Shown here in pieces: positions 47,696-57,756 of a DNA stretch of 64,000 bases; the stretch's first letter is position 1, and each line of letters begins with the position of its first letter. The stretch is from Myxococcota bacterium (GTDB taxonomy: Bacteria; Myxococcota_A; SURF-8): contig OZ223209.1 of NCBI GenBank assembly GCA_965140415.1, positions 2,656,001-2,720,000 on the forward strand, read 5' to 3'. The position numbers and the translations under genes are program-made. Below the pieces are notes generated by a model. It searched no databases and had not been told where the DNA came from. It saw nothing but the letters and a program-made list of their open reading frames with translations.

Positions 47696-48571
47696 ATGAA
47701 GATCGGGGTGATCGGCACTCCTGGGAAATGGTCCTCTGAGCATTTGGCGGATGAGGTACAGCGTTTAACCGGTTTCCGGTTATTGGTGGACATGAACGAT
47801 GTCTGCTTCGATCTTTCCAAATCGGAATGTCGCGTTGGAAACGTCGTCTTAAACGAACTGGACGCCTTAATCGTTAAAAAGATTTCTCCGCGATACTCGC
47901 ATTATTCTCTGGATCGTATCGATCTGCTTGATGTTCTGCAATCTCAGAATGTAAGGATATTCTCGAAACCGGAATGTCTTAACAAAGCCGTCAATCGTTT
48001 GACCTGCACGTTGGAACTCAGTAAGGGAGGAATCCCGATACCGGAGACCGTCATTACCGAAAATGCGGAAGAGGCGGCTTCGATGGTCAATCGATTTGAA
48101 TGCGCCGTGTTCAAGCCGCTATTCACATCAAAGGCTCGCGGTATGCGGGTGATCTGCGCCAACGAAGACGTCCGGGAGAAAATTCTGGCTTATAAAGCCG
48201 AGCATCCGATTCTGTACATCCAGAAGTTCGTAGAAACCTATGGGCGCGATTATGGCCTGGTCTTTTTAGGTGGGAACTATCTGTCTGCGTATTCGCGTGT
48301 CAAACAGCAGGGGAGTTGGAATACCACTACGCGTTCGGGCGGAAAGTATCAGCCGTATTCACCGCCGGATGATTACATCGAATTGGCGAAATGCGCTCAA
48401 GATCTGTTCGGTCTTGATTTTACCTGTGTCGATGTGGCCGAAACAGAGAATGGACCTGTGGTTTTTGAAGTTTCTGCATTCGGCGGATTTCATGGTTTGC
48501 GCGACACCAGCGGCATAGATGGTGCCACACTCTATGCGGAATATGTGGTGAACCAATTGTCGGAAAAATAG
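47696..48571 (+). CDS. RimK-like ATP-grasp enzyme, GAK-system type
   Basis: MKIGVIGTPGKWSSEHLAD...TGFRL start recognised as the GAK ATP-grasp family. KPLFTSKARG, YIQK, WNTT, CVDV and FEVSAFGGF. Confidence 0.82.
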   Translation: MKIGVIGTPGKWSSEHLADEVQRLTGFRLLVDMNDVCFDLSKSECRVGNVVLNELDALIVKKISPRYSHYSLDRIDLLDVLQSQNVRIFSKPECLNKAVNRLTCTLELSKGGIPIPETVITENAEEAASMVNRFECAVFKPLFTSKARGMRVICANEDVREKILAYKAEHPILYIQKFVETYGRDYGLVFLGGNYLSAYSRVKQQGSWNTTTRSGGKYQPYSPPDDYIELAKCAQDLFGLDFTCVDVAETENGPVVFEVSAFGGFHGLRDTSGIDGATLYAEYVVNQLSEK

Positions 48572-48625
48572 TCCTCCGATACCGATTCTTGATGAGTTGT
48601 AGGTTGTTGAAAGGAATGAAAAGCG

Positions 48626-50308
48626 ATGAGAAGAAGCCTTGGACTGTTTTGGGTCATAATGTCGATGTTGCTCATGGTGATCTGTTCTGCGTGTGGGGAT
48701 TCCGACGAAGAAACCGTTGATGGTGATTCTTCCGATGGTGACATGGATGTGGAAGCGAGTTCTGAAGGGGAACTTTCCGATGGTGATACAGAGACGGAAG
48801 CGGAAGTCGCAACCGGTTTGCCTGCGTCTCTTGCAATCGAGTATTCACGTGAGGATACCGGAGAGCCGGTAACGGAGCAGGAAGTACGTGACTTCACGCT
48901 CAACCTGATCCAGTTCATGAAAAAGGTCCATTATTACGACTACATTCTGTACACCACGCATGGTATCGATGCCTCGACAGGGCTGCCGGATTGGCAATTC
49001 TGGTACAACGAGCGCTTCAAGAAAGAGGGGGATCTGGTTACGTTTTACCATCCGGAAAACCTGAATGACGGCGGACACAACCTGCACATTCCGTTAAGTC
49101 GTGTGCTGGGCGATACGCTGGCTGCTTACATGCTGATCGGAGACGATACCATGGGCAAAGCGGCGGAACAGCTTTGCAAGGGTTACAGCGCCTCTATGCT
49201 GGGTATGGTTCACGATGAAGACGACGATCTCCCGCACTTGATGACGAGAAATGTGGTTCCGGCCTTAAACCATGAGTTTCTCACTCACGACGGCAAACGT
49301 AAAGCGGTGGATTACAGCGGGTGGTTCTCGCCGTACGACCGGTGGAACTGCTATCGCTACAAAATCGAAAACAATCCCTATTGGGGAGAGATGTGGGTAA
49401 CGAATTTGCGTTCCAAAGACGACGTGCCTCACGTTTTCCGTTTTGTGCCGGTATTGCGATATGCGGTTGAAAGTCTTGAGGAAGGCTCCGTAAAAGAGGC
49501 GTGTGGAGAAACGTTGGAATTGCTGGAAACGTTTGCCAAGGATATCGTAGAGTCCGACTACCGTATTCGCACGAAAGATGCAAACGGCGAAATCATGATC
49601 CCCGGTTATACCGATGATCCTGATTTGAACAAGCTACAGGGGGATCTCGCATCGTTTATCAACTATCGGGAGTTTCTGCCTGAAGGCGAATGCAACGCGC
49701 GGCGTGGTGCGGAGCTGATTGGATACCATCATTCCATCAATGAAGATTGCGGGCGCGGCGAGCCCAATGGCTATGACAAGATTTCATTTGCGATCAATCG
49801 CTACAACAAGCGAATCTGTCGCTATTTCCACCTGGCTCATCTTGCCAATGCCCTGGTCAATCGAGATAACGATGCCGCCCAGTTGCTGATCGATGGTTTG
49901 GACGAGCGCATGAACCAGGAAAAAGAAACACCGGAAAGCGAGATGGGATATGCTCCGGAAGACTGGTGGCGCAACGTGGCGCTCTATTTAACACAAAGTC
50001 ACAGCTTTGGGTATCCGCTCACCAGCGATGACGTTCGCCTGATCCATACCTACTACAAAAAAGCGATCAATGAGTACAACGGCTGGCCCTATTGGGATCC
50101 CTGGGACGAGTCCGTGCCGGATCTGGAAAGCGCGGCTTATCGTCCGCCAAATTGCCGCACTGAAAACGAGGAAACCGATTGCTGGTGGCGAGTGGAAGAT
50201 TTGGGGCAGATTTTCGAGAACTGCTGGTCACCGCTTGTGAATCCGACAAGCGCTTCCTTTGTGGACTGCGATCTGGTCCGTGATCCGGAACAGTGGAAGG
50301 ACAAATAA
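48626..50308 (+). CDS. Hypothetical lipoprotein with acidic DGD-repeat linker
   Basis: Lipobox CSA-C, linker DGDSSDGDMD...DGDTETEAE, then a ~490-aa Trp/Tyr/Cys-rich globular domain. Confidence 0.7.
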   Translation: MRRSLGLFWVIMSMLLMVICSACGDSDEETVDGDSSDGDMDVEASSEGELSDGDTETEAEVATGLPASLAIEYSREDTGEPVTEQEVRDFTLNLIQFMKKVHYYDYILYTTHGIDASTGLPDWQFWYNERFKKEGDLVTFYHPENLNDGGHNLHIPLSRVLGDTLAAYMLIGDDTMGKAAEQLCKGYSASMLGMVHDEDDDLPHLMTRNVVPALNHEFLTHDGKRKAVDYSGWFSPYDRWNCYRYKIENNPYWGEMWVTNLRSKDDVPHVFRFVPVLRYAVESLEEGSVKEACGETLELLETFAKDIVESDYRIRTKDANGEIMIPGYTDDPDLNKLQGDLASFINYREFLPEGECNARRGAELIGYHHSINEDCGRGEPNGYDKISFAINRYNKRICRYFHLAHLANALVNRDNDAAQLLIDGLDERMNQEKETPESEMGYAPEDWWRNVALYLTQSHSFGYPLTSDDVRLIHTYYKKAINEYNGWPYWDPWDESVPDLESAAYRPPNCRTENEETDCWWRVEDLGQIFENCWSPLVNPTSASFVDCDLVRDPEQWKDK

Positions 50309-50525
50309 CAGCCGGAGACAGTCCGGGGGAGGGGCTGGGTTCTCTAAAGCATCGTGCGTGCTGGCAATGGGTTCCACTCCTGCTTGAGTTGCCATTCCGC
50401 AGCTTTTCAAACAAAGTACATCCGATACGGGTATGTAGCAGAAAACTACCGGAAATCATAGGAATATGGTAAGATTCTGTCCAAGTCGTTTCTCGCTATT
50501 AAAATGACTTTACCATTGTTTAAGA

Positions 50526-50556
50526 GACCGAAACCGTGTTTGAAGCGGTTTCGGTC
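50526..50556. promoter_or_regulatory. Perfect 11-bp inverted repeat upstream of tamB
   Basis: GACCGAAACCG-N9-CGGTTTCGGTC. An extended -10-like TGGTAAGAT lies at 50467-50475. Confidence 0.5.
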
Positions 50557-50615
50557 GCGGCAGAATAACCCCAGCGGAGAGAGCGTTTCCATTCTTGTAA
50601 TAGTGTTCACAGGCG

Positions 50616-53600
50616 GTGATGCGGGAGAAGAGAAAAATACGGATTCCGGGGAAAATAGGGCAGGTCAATCGGCGTAGATTGGTCGTGGGAATCGTGTTCT
50701 CTGCTTTTCTTGTATGTGTGGCTTTTACATCGATCCTTTGGAGTTTGACAAATCGTTTCGGTTCGGAAATTGCCGTTGGTGTGGCAAATCGCCTAATTTC
50801 TAAAGTAGGTTATGGACCGATCATCCGTGCAGATGTCAGCCTAGATATTTGGGATTCCAGCCTGACTTTAAGCAATGTACATTTGGATTTTCCTCAGCGA
50901 GGCTCCGTTGAAGCGGATCGCTTGACCGTTACATTGCAACCTCTTCAATTGTTCTACAATCGACTGATAATCCAGAGAATCGACCTGCTTCATCCAAGAG
51001 TGCATTGGAACCTTCTCGCAAAAAGAGATGTCTTTAATACGAAAGTGGGTTCCAGTGCTTCCGATTTGGCTTTCGATATCATTGTGAAGAAAATCGATTT
51101 GCGGCGAGGGGAGGTGCTGCTGGAATCTGGTGGCGAAGATCCTTCCGTGTTGACGGATATTCGTCTTAGCGCCAGCTATGACAAAGCGGGTAACGATTAC
51201 CCGTTCGTCTTGGAGAGTGGCAGCGGTAGAGTCGCTACCAGCGACCTGAATCTTCCGGTCAACCTGTTTCGTGTCAGTGGTCGTGGGAGCGAACGCGGAG
51301 TGGCGGTACACTCTCTAAAAGTGTTTTTACCGGAGATGGAACTGGAAGCGAATGGATCGCTAGATGGCATGAATAGCAAGACGGGAACCTTCCAGGCCAA
51401 CTTGAATATTCCATTGGAAAAAGTATCGGAAGCAATTCCCTCGATTCCAAAGTTAAAAGGAAACGCAGAGGTCGCTCTCTCTTTCGATGGTGGTGTCGAT
51501 CATCCGGAGTTGAAAGGAACGATCAAGCTTGCGGATGGTTGGATTGAGACTTTCCGTTTGGAAGACATAGAACTGGCATTTGATGTCAATCGTATGAGGG
51601 CGCATCTAAATGGCAGTGTTTGTCACTTCGCACAGGGAGTTGTTACGCTAGAGCAGGCGGAACTGCGTTTTGAAGAAGGCTATCCTATCGATATTCGCGC
51701 GAAACTGGATAATGTTGAGTTGGGTCATGTCTTGAGTAATGTCACGGATTTACATTCAAAGGTCATGCAATGGCAGACCGGTACCGCTTTTATGTCCGGC
51801 AAACTAGTGCCTTTCAAGATGCAAGGGCGTGCGAAATTGGATGTAAGAGGCCATCAGGTCAAAGATGTAGGTTATCGGAAATGGCCAAAAGGTATGGATA
51901 TCGTTGGTGTTAATTCCGCGAAAGTGGATGTCGGACTGTTCGTGGATGACAGCTGTTTTGAAATTCAAAAGGGAACGGCTAAATTCGGGAATACGGTTGT
52001 GGATGTAAATGTGGTTCATTTCGGTTTCGACAGCATCTTTCACATGGACTATTCCTCCACTCAATTCGACATGTCGGATCTTGAAACACTACTTGAACTT
52101 CCTGTGCAGGGGCAAGGATCGCTTTCTTGCATCATACATGGTCCTTCTGATGATCCAACGATCACGGCATGGGTCGATATGGAAGATTTTGGAATCGCGG
52201 ATTATCGGCTTGGTCACACCAAAATGGATGTCTGGTACTACGATGAAGTGCTGAAGTTGTCCAATGCAACGATACGAAAAGGAATCAAGTCCGTTTATCA
52301 TGCCAGCATGGGCTTCGATTTCAAACGTGAAGGGCCGTATACCTGGGTGAATGCTGCAACCGAAAATCTTGACATTCAAGATCTCCTGGATGTGATCGGA
52401 CGCAAAGATGACTTGGGTGGTATTTTAGAGGGGCGGATCACTGGAGCCGGAAGTCTAAGCGGACCTCTTGGACGATTCAGTGGTGAAGCTAGGCTTGTAT
52501 TGCCGGAATTTACCACCCATCAGCAGTCTTTCGATACAGCCAGGGCTGATTTTAGGCTGGAGCAGAATGACTTGTTGATTAAGAAACTGGAGCTTCGAAA
52601 AGGTTCGGGTCTTATCAACGTTAGCGGTCAGATTAAAGATCTGGATCAACTGGATTTACGTTTTCAGTCCAAACGCATGAGCATTTCCGATTTGGATGTG
52701 CTGTCTTTTCTATTTGGTGATGCGGCGAAAGGAGAAACGGAATTCAGCGGCAGCGTTCGTGGCACTCGGGCAAATACCATCGTTCAAGCTCAATTGCTGA
52801 TCGATGAAATGCAGATCGGAAAAGAGCTATTCGAGCCATCTGAAATCCATGCAGAGTGGACTGCACAGTATCTTGATTTAGATGCGATCTTCTTCAATAG
52901 AAAACTAAAAGCAAGCGCACTCTTTTCGTTCGATCAGCATCAGCAGGTTCAGATAGAGGCTAAAGCGAGTGATTTTCGATATGGGTTTCTTTTAAGCAAG
53001 TTGCTTGATCTAACTGTGGAAGATGGTTCGGTGTCGGGTTCTCTGTCTGGTACGATTCCACTGAAGCATCCCGAGAAAACGACAGGAACGGTGCAAATCG
53101 AAAACGTGACTGGTACCTATCGTTCGATTCCGCTAAAGAATAAAAGTCGAGCGACATTGAACCTTGCCAATGGTGTTTTTCGATTGGATCCGGTTGACAT
53201 CATCGGCAAAGATATCTCGATGGAAGTGCGTGGAGATATTGACCTGAATGGGAATCTGGACCTGATCTTCAATGGCGAAAGTGATTGGCGCCAACTTGTG
53301 GAGTTGAACGATTTACTGGAAAACGGGCAAGGACCGGTATCCCTTTCTTTCAATTTAGGAGGACAATGGGAAAACCTGCAACTGTCTGGTCAGGCTTCTT
53401 TCCGCCGCTCTACGTTGAAGATAAAAGATGTCGATCCGCTATATAACCTGCGCGGAACGATACAGGTCAATGGTGATCAATTGGCACTGGATCGTGTTTC
53501 GTTCCGGTATTTGGGTGGTACTGTCAGCATTAATGGAAACGTGTTTGCCTCGATAAACGATGGAAGCCTGAAACGTACCGATCTTTTCCTCAATCTGGAC

Positions 53601-54581
53601 AAGGTTGCTTTTCGGCTGGGTGATGGCATGATTCCCCTGGTTTCCGGGCAATTGGCGCTAAACGGGACTCCTTGGCCGATGTCGCTTTCCGGAAATGTGA
53701 CGATCGATGAACTGAACTACACCAAGTCTTTCAACTTGACGCGCACTCTCTTTTTGGATCGTGTTGAAGATCTCATACGACCCAAGAAAAAGAGAATGCT
53801 GGCGAATCAAAAGCCGTATTTAAAGTATAATATCGGAATTCGTGGGAATCGGACCATTCGAATTCGTAACAACCTGGCGGATATCCGATTGACGGCGGAT
53901 CTGAGATTGGTCGGTACGGACGTTCGGACCGGTTTGCTCAATACGCTTTCTGCGGATCGGGGATTGATCTTTTTTCAACGAAACGAATTCGATATCGTTC
54001 GGTTCATGATTGAGTTCGTGGAAAAGGACCAAGTTTATCCCGTTTGGGACATTCTTGCGGAAACGTCCGTGGATTACATCGATGATGATAAAGAAAAGCT
54101 TGTGAACATTACATTGCATGTAAAAGGGAATCTGGACGAGCCGGAAATCTCGTTGGAATCCGATGCCGGGCTAACTCGCGACGATATCATTTCTCTGTTA
54201 TTGATCGGGCAGCCCATGAGCAAGTTGCAGGAAGAGAGCAGTGTCGCTACCGGCTTAAATGCACTGTCGGATATATACGGTGTCAATGACACCATCAAAT
54301 CACAGTTCAAACTCGATGAATTCCGGTTGACCTCTGAATTCGACAACGCGAATTCAACCAGCGGAATAATCGTTCCGAAACTGGTGATCGGAAAGGAAGT
54401 TGCGGATAACATCTATCTTAGTTTTTCTACAACGATTGGTGAGCAGGAGACGAATGGAGAGCAACAATTCGAAATAAAGTACAGGCTGAAATACTTTACC
54501 TTATCGGGTGCTTGGGATAATAATTCCGTGCAGGCTTGGGGGAACTTCGGAGCGGATTTGAAGTTCCATTTAGACTTTTAA
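50616..54581 (+). CDS. tamB: TamB / AsmA-like translocation and assembly protein (DUF490 C-terminus)
   Basis: N-terminal TM anchor, a long beta-strand-rich body and C-terminal IRNNLADI...GNLDEPEISLES...DIISLL...LVIGKEV...GADLKF. Confidence 0.85.
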   Translation: MMREKRKIRIPGKIGQVNRRRLVVGIVFSAFLVCVAFTSILWSLTNRFGSEIAVGVANRLISKVGYGPIIRADVSLDIWDSSLTLSNVHLDFPQRGSVEADRLTVTLQPLQLFYNRLIIQRIDLLHPRVHWNLLAKRDVFNTKVGSSASDLAFDIIVKKIDLRRGEVLLESGGEDPSVLTDIRLSASYDKAGNDYPFVLESGSGRVATSDLNLPVNLFRVSGRGSERGVAVHSLKVFLPEMELEANGSLDGMNSKTGTFQANLNIPLEKVSEAIPSIPKLKGNAEVALSFDGGVDHPELKGTIKLADGWIETFRLEDIELAFDVNRMRAHLNGSVCHFAQGVVTLEQAELRFEEGYPIDIRAKLDNVELGHVLSNVTDLHSKVMQWQTGTAFMSGKLVPFKMQGRAKLDVRGHQVKDVGYRKWPKGMDIVGVNSAKVDVGLFVDDSCFEIQKGTAKFGNTVVDVNVVHFGFDSIFHMDYSSTQFDMSDLETLLELPVQGQGSLSCIIHGPSDDPTITAWVDMEDFGIADYRLGHTKMDVWYYDEVLKLSNATIRKGIKSVYHASMGFDFKREGPYTWVNAATENLDIQDLLDVIGRKDDLGGILEGRITGAGSLSGPLGRFSGEARLVLPEFTTHQQSFDTARADFRLEQNDLLIKKLELRKGSGLINVSGQIKDLDQLDLRFQSKRMSISDLDVLSFLFGDAAKGETEFSGSVRGTRANTIVQAQLLIDEMQIGKELFEPSEIHAEWTAQYLDLDAIFFNRKLKASALFSFDQHQQVQIEAKASDFRYGFLLSKLLDLTVEDGSVSGSLSGTIPLKHPEKTTGTVQIENVTGTYRSIPLKNKSRATLNLANGVFRLDPVDIIGKDISMEVRGDIDLNGNLDLIFNGESDWRQLVELNDLLENGQGPVSLSFNLGGQWENLQLSGQASFRRSTLKIKDVDPLYNLRGTIQVNGDQLALDRVSFRYLGGTVSINGNVFASINDGSLKRTDLFLNLDKVAFRLGDGMIPLVSGQLALNGTPWPMSLSGNVTIDELNYTKSFNLTRTLFLDRVEDLIRPKKKRMLANQKPYLKYNIGIRGNRTIRIRNNLADIRLTADLRLVGTDVRTGLLNTLSADRGLIFFQRNEFDIVRFMIEFVEKDQVYPVWDILAETSVDYIDDDKEKLVNITLHVKGNLDEPEISLESDAGLTRDDIISLLLIGQPMSKLQEESSVATGLNALSDIYGVNDTIKSQFKLDEFRLTSEFDNANSTSGIIVPKLVIGKEVADNIYLSFSTTIGEQETNGEQQFEIKYRLKYFTLSGAWDNNSVQAWGNFGADLKFHLDF

Positions 54582-54593
54582 CATGCACGGCGA

Positions 54594-57500
54594 TTGTTCA
54601 TGAGGTATCTCTGTAACTCAACGACAATTCCTGGTAACTGGAAAATCACGCTGATTGCTTTGATTGGCTGTATCGCTTGGGTTTTGCCTTGGTATGGTTT
54701 CTCCGCAGAACGGATCGTGAGCGAAATCATACTGGACCGTCCTGGGGATGCGAACGAACCAGACTTTCTGGAAGAGATTGCCGAAATTGAGAAGTCGCTT
54801 TCGATCGAGCCTGGTGATCCCTTTTCGGCTGAAAATGTGCAAGAGCAGACTCGTAGTTTGTTTCAAAGCGGCATGTTTTCCCAGATCCGGGTATATTCCG
54901 ATGAAAAGGACGGATCCGTTTCTCTGCGCTTCTTTCTGATCCCTAAAACACATATCGAGCAAATAATCTTTTCCGGAAATGAGACTTTGGACGATTCCGA
55001 ATTGTTGCGTGCTATTCGGTTACGTGTTGGGGAATATGTTTTTCCAGATGATCTGAATCCGGCAAGTTATCGTCTGGAATCGGCATACCGCCGACGAGGA
55101 TTTACGCGCGCTTTCATTCGGGCGCAATTGGTTCCGACTTCGCGACCCTATCGTAGCGTGTTGCGCTTCGATGTGACCGAGGGGCGACCGGTGCGCGTAC
55201 AAAGTATCCGGTTTACGGGAGACACAATATTCAAGATCAGAAAGTTAAAGCGAGCGTTCGGCATCAAGCCGGGGGATCGGGTCGATTTGCCTGGAATCCT
55301 TGATGAAATTAAAAAGTTACGCGATCTGTACCGTAGCAAAGGTTTTGAAGAAGCACGATTCGAATTATTGGATGCGGACGAAGAGCGCTGGAGGGAGTCC
55401 ATACTTTTCAATCAGGGAATCCTGAAAATTAATATCGAAGCCGGTGATCGGATCCGGCTGCATTTTCGTGGAAACCGATTATTTAGCGATGACGAACTGC
55501 AACGTATCCTGAAACTGGACGAGCAGGATATCTTTTCTTACAACTATTCAACATTGGATAAAATCAAACTAGGCCTGATCGACTTTTATCAGCGAGAAGG
55601 CTATCTGCATGTGGATGTGTCGGTTGCGGTAAGCAAGAAACTACGGCGAAAAAATATTTATTTTCGAATTCGTGAAGGAAAACGGGTCAAGTTGCGGGAA
55701 GTCCTTTTTGCTGGCAATGATACGCTTGCCAGTCGTGATCTACGCAAAGAGCTGTTTGCCGTCGTTCGTGAACGTCTGACTCGCGATGAGGAATGGGAAA
55801 AGAGATTCGAACAGCGTTTCGCCAGCCCGAATGGCCGTTCTACCTATCGTATGGAGAATGATGCTCGCCGTTATGGTCGCTGGAGCGTCCCCGCTTACGA
55901 TCGCCCAGAACCTCTGGATTCCGATCAGGTTTACGTGCCGAATGTGTATGAAGAAGGACGCCTCGCTCTCGTTCAATTATATCGGGAAAACGGGTTTATA
56001 TCCTGTGAAATTGGAGAACCACAGCTTTGCTTCAATGATACGGGGCAACGGTTGACATTGACTTTTCCTGTCGAAGAAGGTCCGCAAACGATTATTCGTT
56101 CCATCACTGTGGTTGGAGAAAAGGTAAAAAGTGAGAGCGAGATTATCAAAATCAGCGGGTTTGCGTTAGATGCTCCACTTAATGACCTGGCATTCGAAGA
56201 AATCACCAGAACCTTGAAGCGGGCTTATGCGCAGGACGGTTATATCTACGCCATTATCGATATCAGCTATACCCTGACGAAGAACCGGATGGGAGCCCAG
56301 TTGCTGATCGGTATCAGCGAAGGTCCGCAGGTGCGCGTTGGTGATGTTCTGATAGCGGGAAACGTAGTTACAAAACGAAAGACGATTTTACAGGAACTGA
56401 CGTTTGAGAGTGGTGATGTATACCGACCTGATGAAGTCAAGGAAAGCCAGAAATGGTTGCAGCGTTTGGGAATATTCCAGGCTCTGACTTTAAAACCCTG
56501 GAATCCTGAAAAAGAAGAGGCCGTAAAGAAGGTGCTTCTTTCTGTAAAGGAGCGCAATCCAGGCCGCTTTGAGTTTTCCGCTGGCTTGGCTACGGACGAA
56601 GGCGTACGTCTGGGCTTTCTCTTCATCTATCGCAACCTTTTCGGCAGCGCGTTAGAGTATCGCATGAGAGGGAAGGTCAACTACAGAATTCCGCCTTTAC
56701 TGGATGATGAATTTGAAAAGCTATACAACGAACTGTCATTTTTAAATGCCCTGGAAAGAGAGGCTTCGGTCGGTTTCTATTGGCCTTCCATTCTTGGATC
56801 GCACGTTGGGTTTCGTACCGATGTCGTACATTTGCGCAGGCAGGAGCGCGCGTATGGACTGGACAAGAACTCGATACAAATCGGTTTCGATACGGAATAC
56901 ATTCCCTACCTGAAATTGGCGTTCCTAAACGAATTTGGTTATGTCAACAGTGAGAAAACGACGCTGAAAGCTATTTGGGAAAATGAATTCGTGCCCGAAA
57001 ATCAGCGTGGTTGGGAATATTCTCCAAAATTGCAGTTGATTTTCGACTATCGAGATAATGTGTTCGATCCTACATATGGGATCGTGATCAATGCCCTGGG
57101 GGAATATTTCGAGGCATTCGAGACCGACAATGATGTTGATTTGGTTCGGGTTTCCGGTTCGGTCGCCGGTTATATTCCGATCCCCGGTCCTAGGCATCCG
57201 ATTGTATTGAAATTCACTGCAAAAAGCGGCGTAATCGAGCGTGTTCACGGTTCCATTACTCCTGTCGATAAAACATTCAAACTTGGAGGGCGAACCTCCT
57301 TGCGAGGCTTTGGCGAAGAAGCCGTTTACCCCTCCGATGGGGCGGACGATCAAATCGAAGAGCCCTCTCAAGGAGGGAACTTTTACCTGCTTTTCAAAAC
57401 CGATTTGCGTATCCCGATTTACAAGAATTACTATCTTGGTGTTTTTAACGATATCGGTGCGTTGTGGCTGAAACCGGATAATATCAGTGGTTCATACAAC

Positions 57501-57644
57501 CAGTACAAGAAAAGCGCCGGTGGAGGATTGCATTATCGAACACCTGTGGGGGATATCAGCCTGGAGGTAGGGTGGAATCTGGATCCCAAGCCAGAGTTAA
57601 AAGAAGATGATTGGCGGCTGCATTTCTCGATCAGCCTGTTTTAG
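54594..57644 (+). CDS. Omp85 family (BamA/TamA-like) outer membrane protein with multiple POTRA domains
   Basis: Repeated POTRA units (F.GN...Y...GY...EG), NLFG, DYRDNVFDPT.G, SLRGF, TPVG and C-terminal HFSISLF beta-signal. Confidence 0.9.
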   Translation: MFMRYLCNSTTIPGNWKITLIALIGCIAWVLPWYGFSAERIVSEIILDRPGDANEPDFLEEIAEIEKSLSIEPGDPFSAENVQEQTRSLFQSGMFSQIRVYSDEKDGSVSLRFFLIPKTHIEQIIFSGNETLDDSELLRAIRLRVGEYVFPDDLNPASYRLESAYRRRGFTRAFIRAQLVPTSRPYRSVLRFDVTEGRPVRVQSIRFTGDTIFKIRKLKRAFGIKPGDRVDLPGILDEIKKLRDLYRSKGFEEARFELLDADEERWRESILFNQGILKINIEAGDRIRLHFRGNRLFSDDELQRILKLDEQDIFSYNYSTLDKIKLGLIDFYQREGYLHVDVSVAVSKKLRRKNIYFRIREGKRVKLREVLFAGNDTLASRDLRKELFAVVRERLTRDEEWEKRFEQRFASPNGRSTYRMENDARRYGRWSVPAYDRPEPLDSDQVYVPNVYEEGRLALVQLYRENGFISCEIGEPQLCFNDTGQRLTLTFPVEEGPQTIIRSITVVGEKVKSESEIIKISGFALDAPLNDLAFEEITRTLKRAYAQDGYIYAIIDISYTLTKNRMGAQLLIGISEGPQVRVGDVLIAGNVVTKRKTILQELTFESGDVYRPDEVKESQKWLQRLGIFQALTLKPWNPEKEEAVKKVLLSVKERNPGRFEFSAGLATDEGVRLGFLFIYRNLFGSALEYRMRGKVNYRIPPLLDDEFEKLYNELSFLNALEREASVGFYWPSILGSHVGFRTDVVHLRRQERAYGLDKNSIQIGFDTEYIPYLKLAFLNEFGYVNSEKTTLKAIWENEFVPENQRGWEYSPKLQLIFDYRDNVFDPTYGIVINALGEYFEAFETDNDVDLVRVSGSVAGYIPIPGPRHPIVLKFTAKSGVIERVHGSITPVDKTFKLGGRTSLRGFGEEAVYPSDGADDQIEEPSQGGNFYLLFKTDLRIPIYKNYYLGVFNDIGALWLKPDNISGSYNQYKKSAGGGLHYRTPVGDISLEVGWNLDPKPELKEDDWRLHFSISLF

Positions 57645-57756
57645 CCCTGGACACTCCGATCAATCGCTGTAACAAACGGGAGACATAACTACGGAACCGC
57701 AGCAAGAACAAAATCCTTTAGCAACAAAGCGTCTGGCGAAAGTTTCCGGAAATCCA

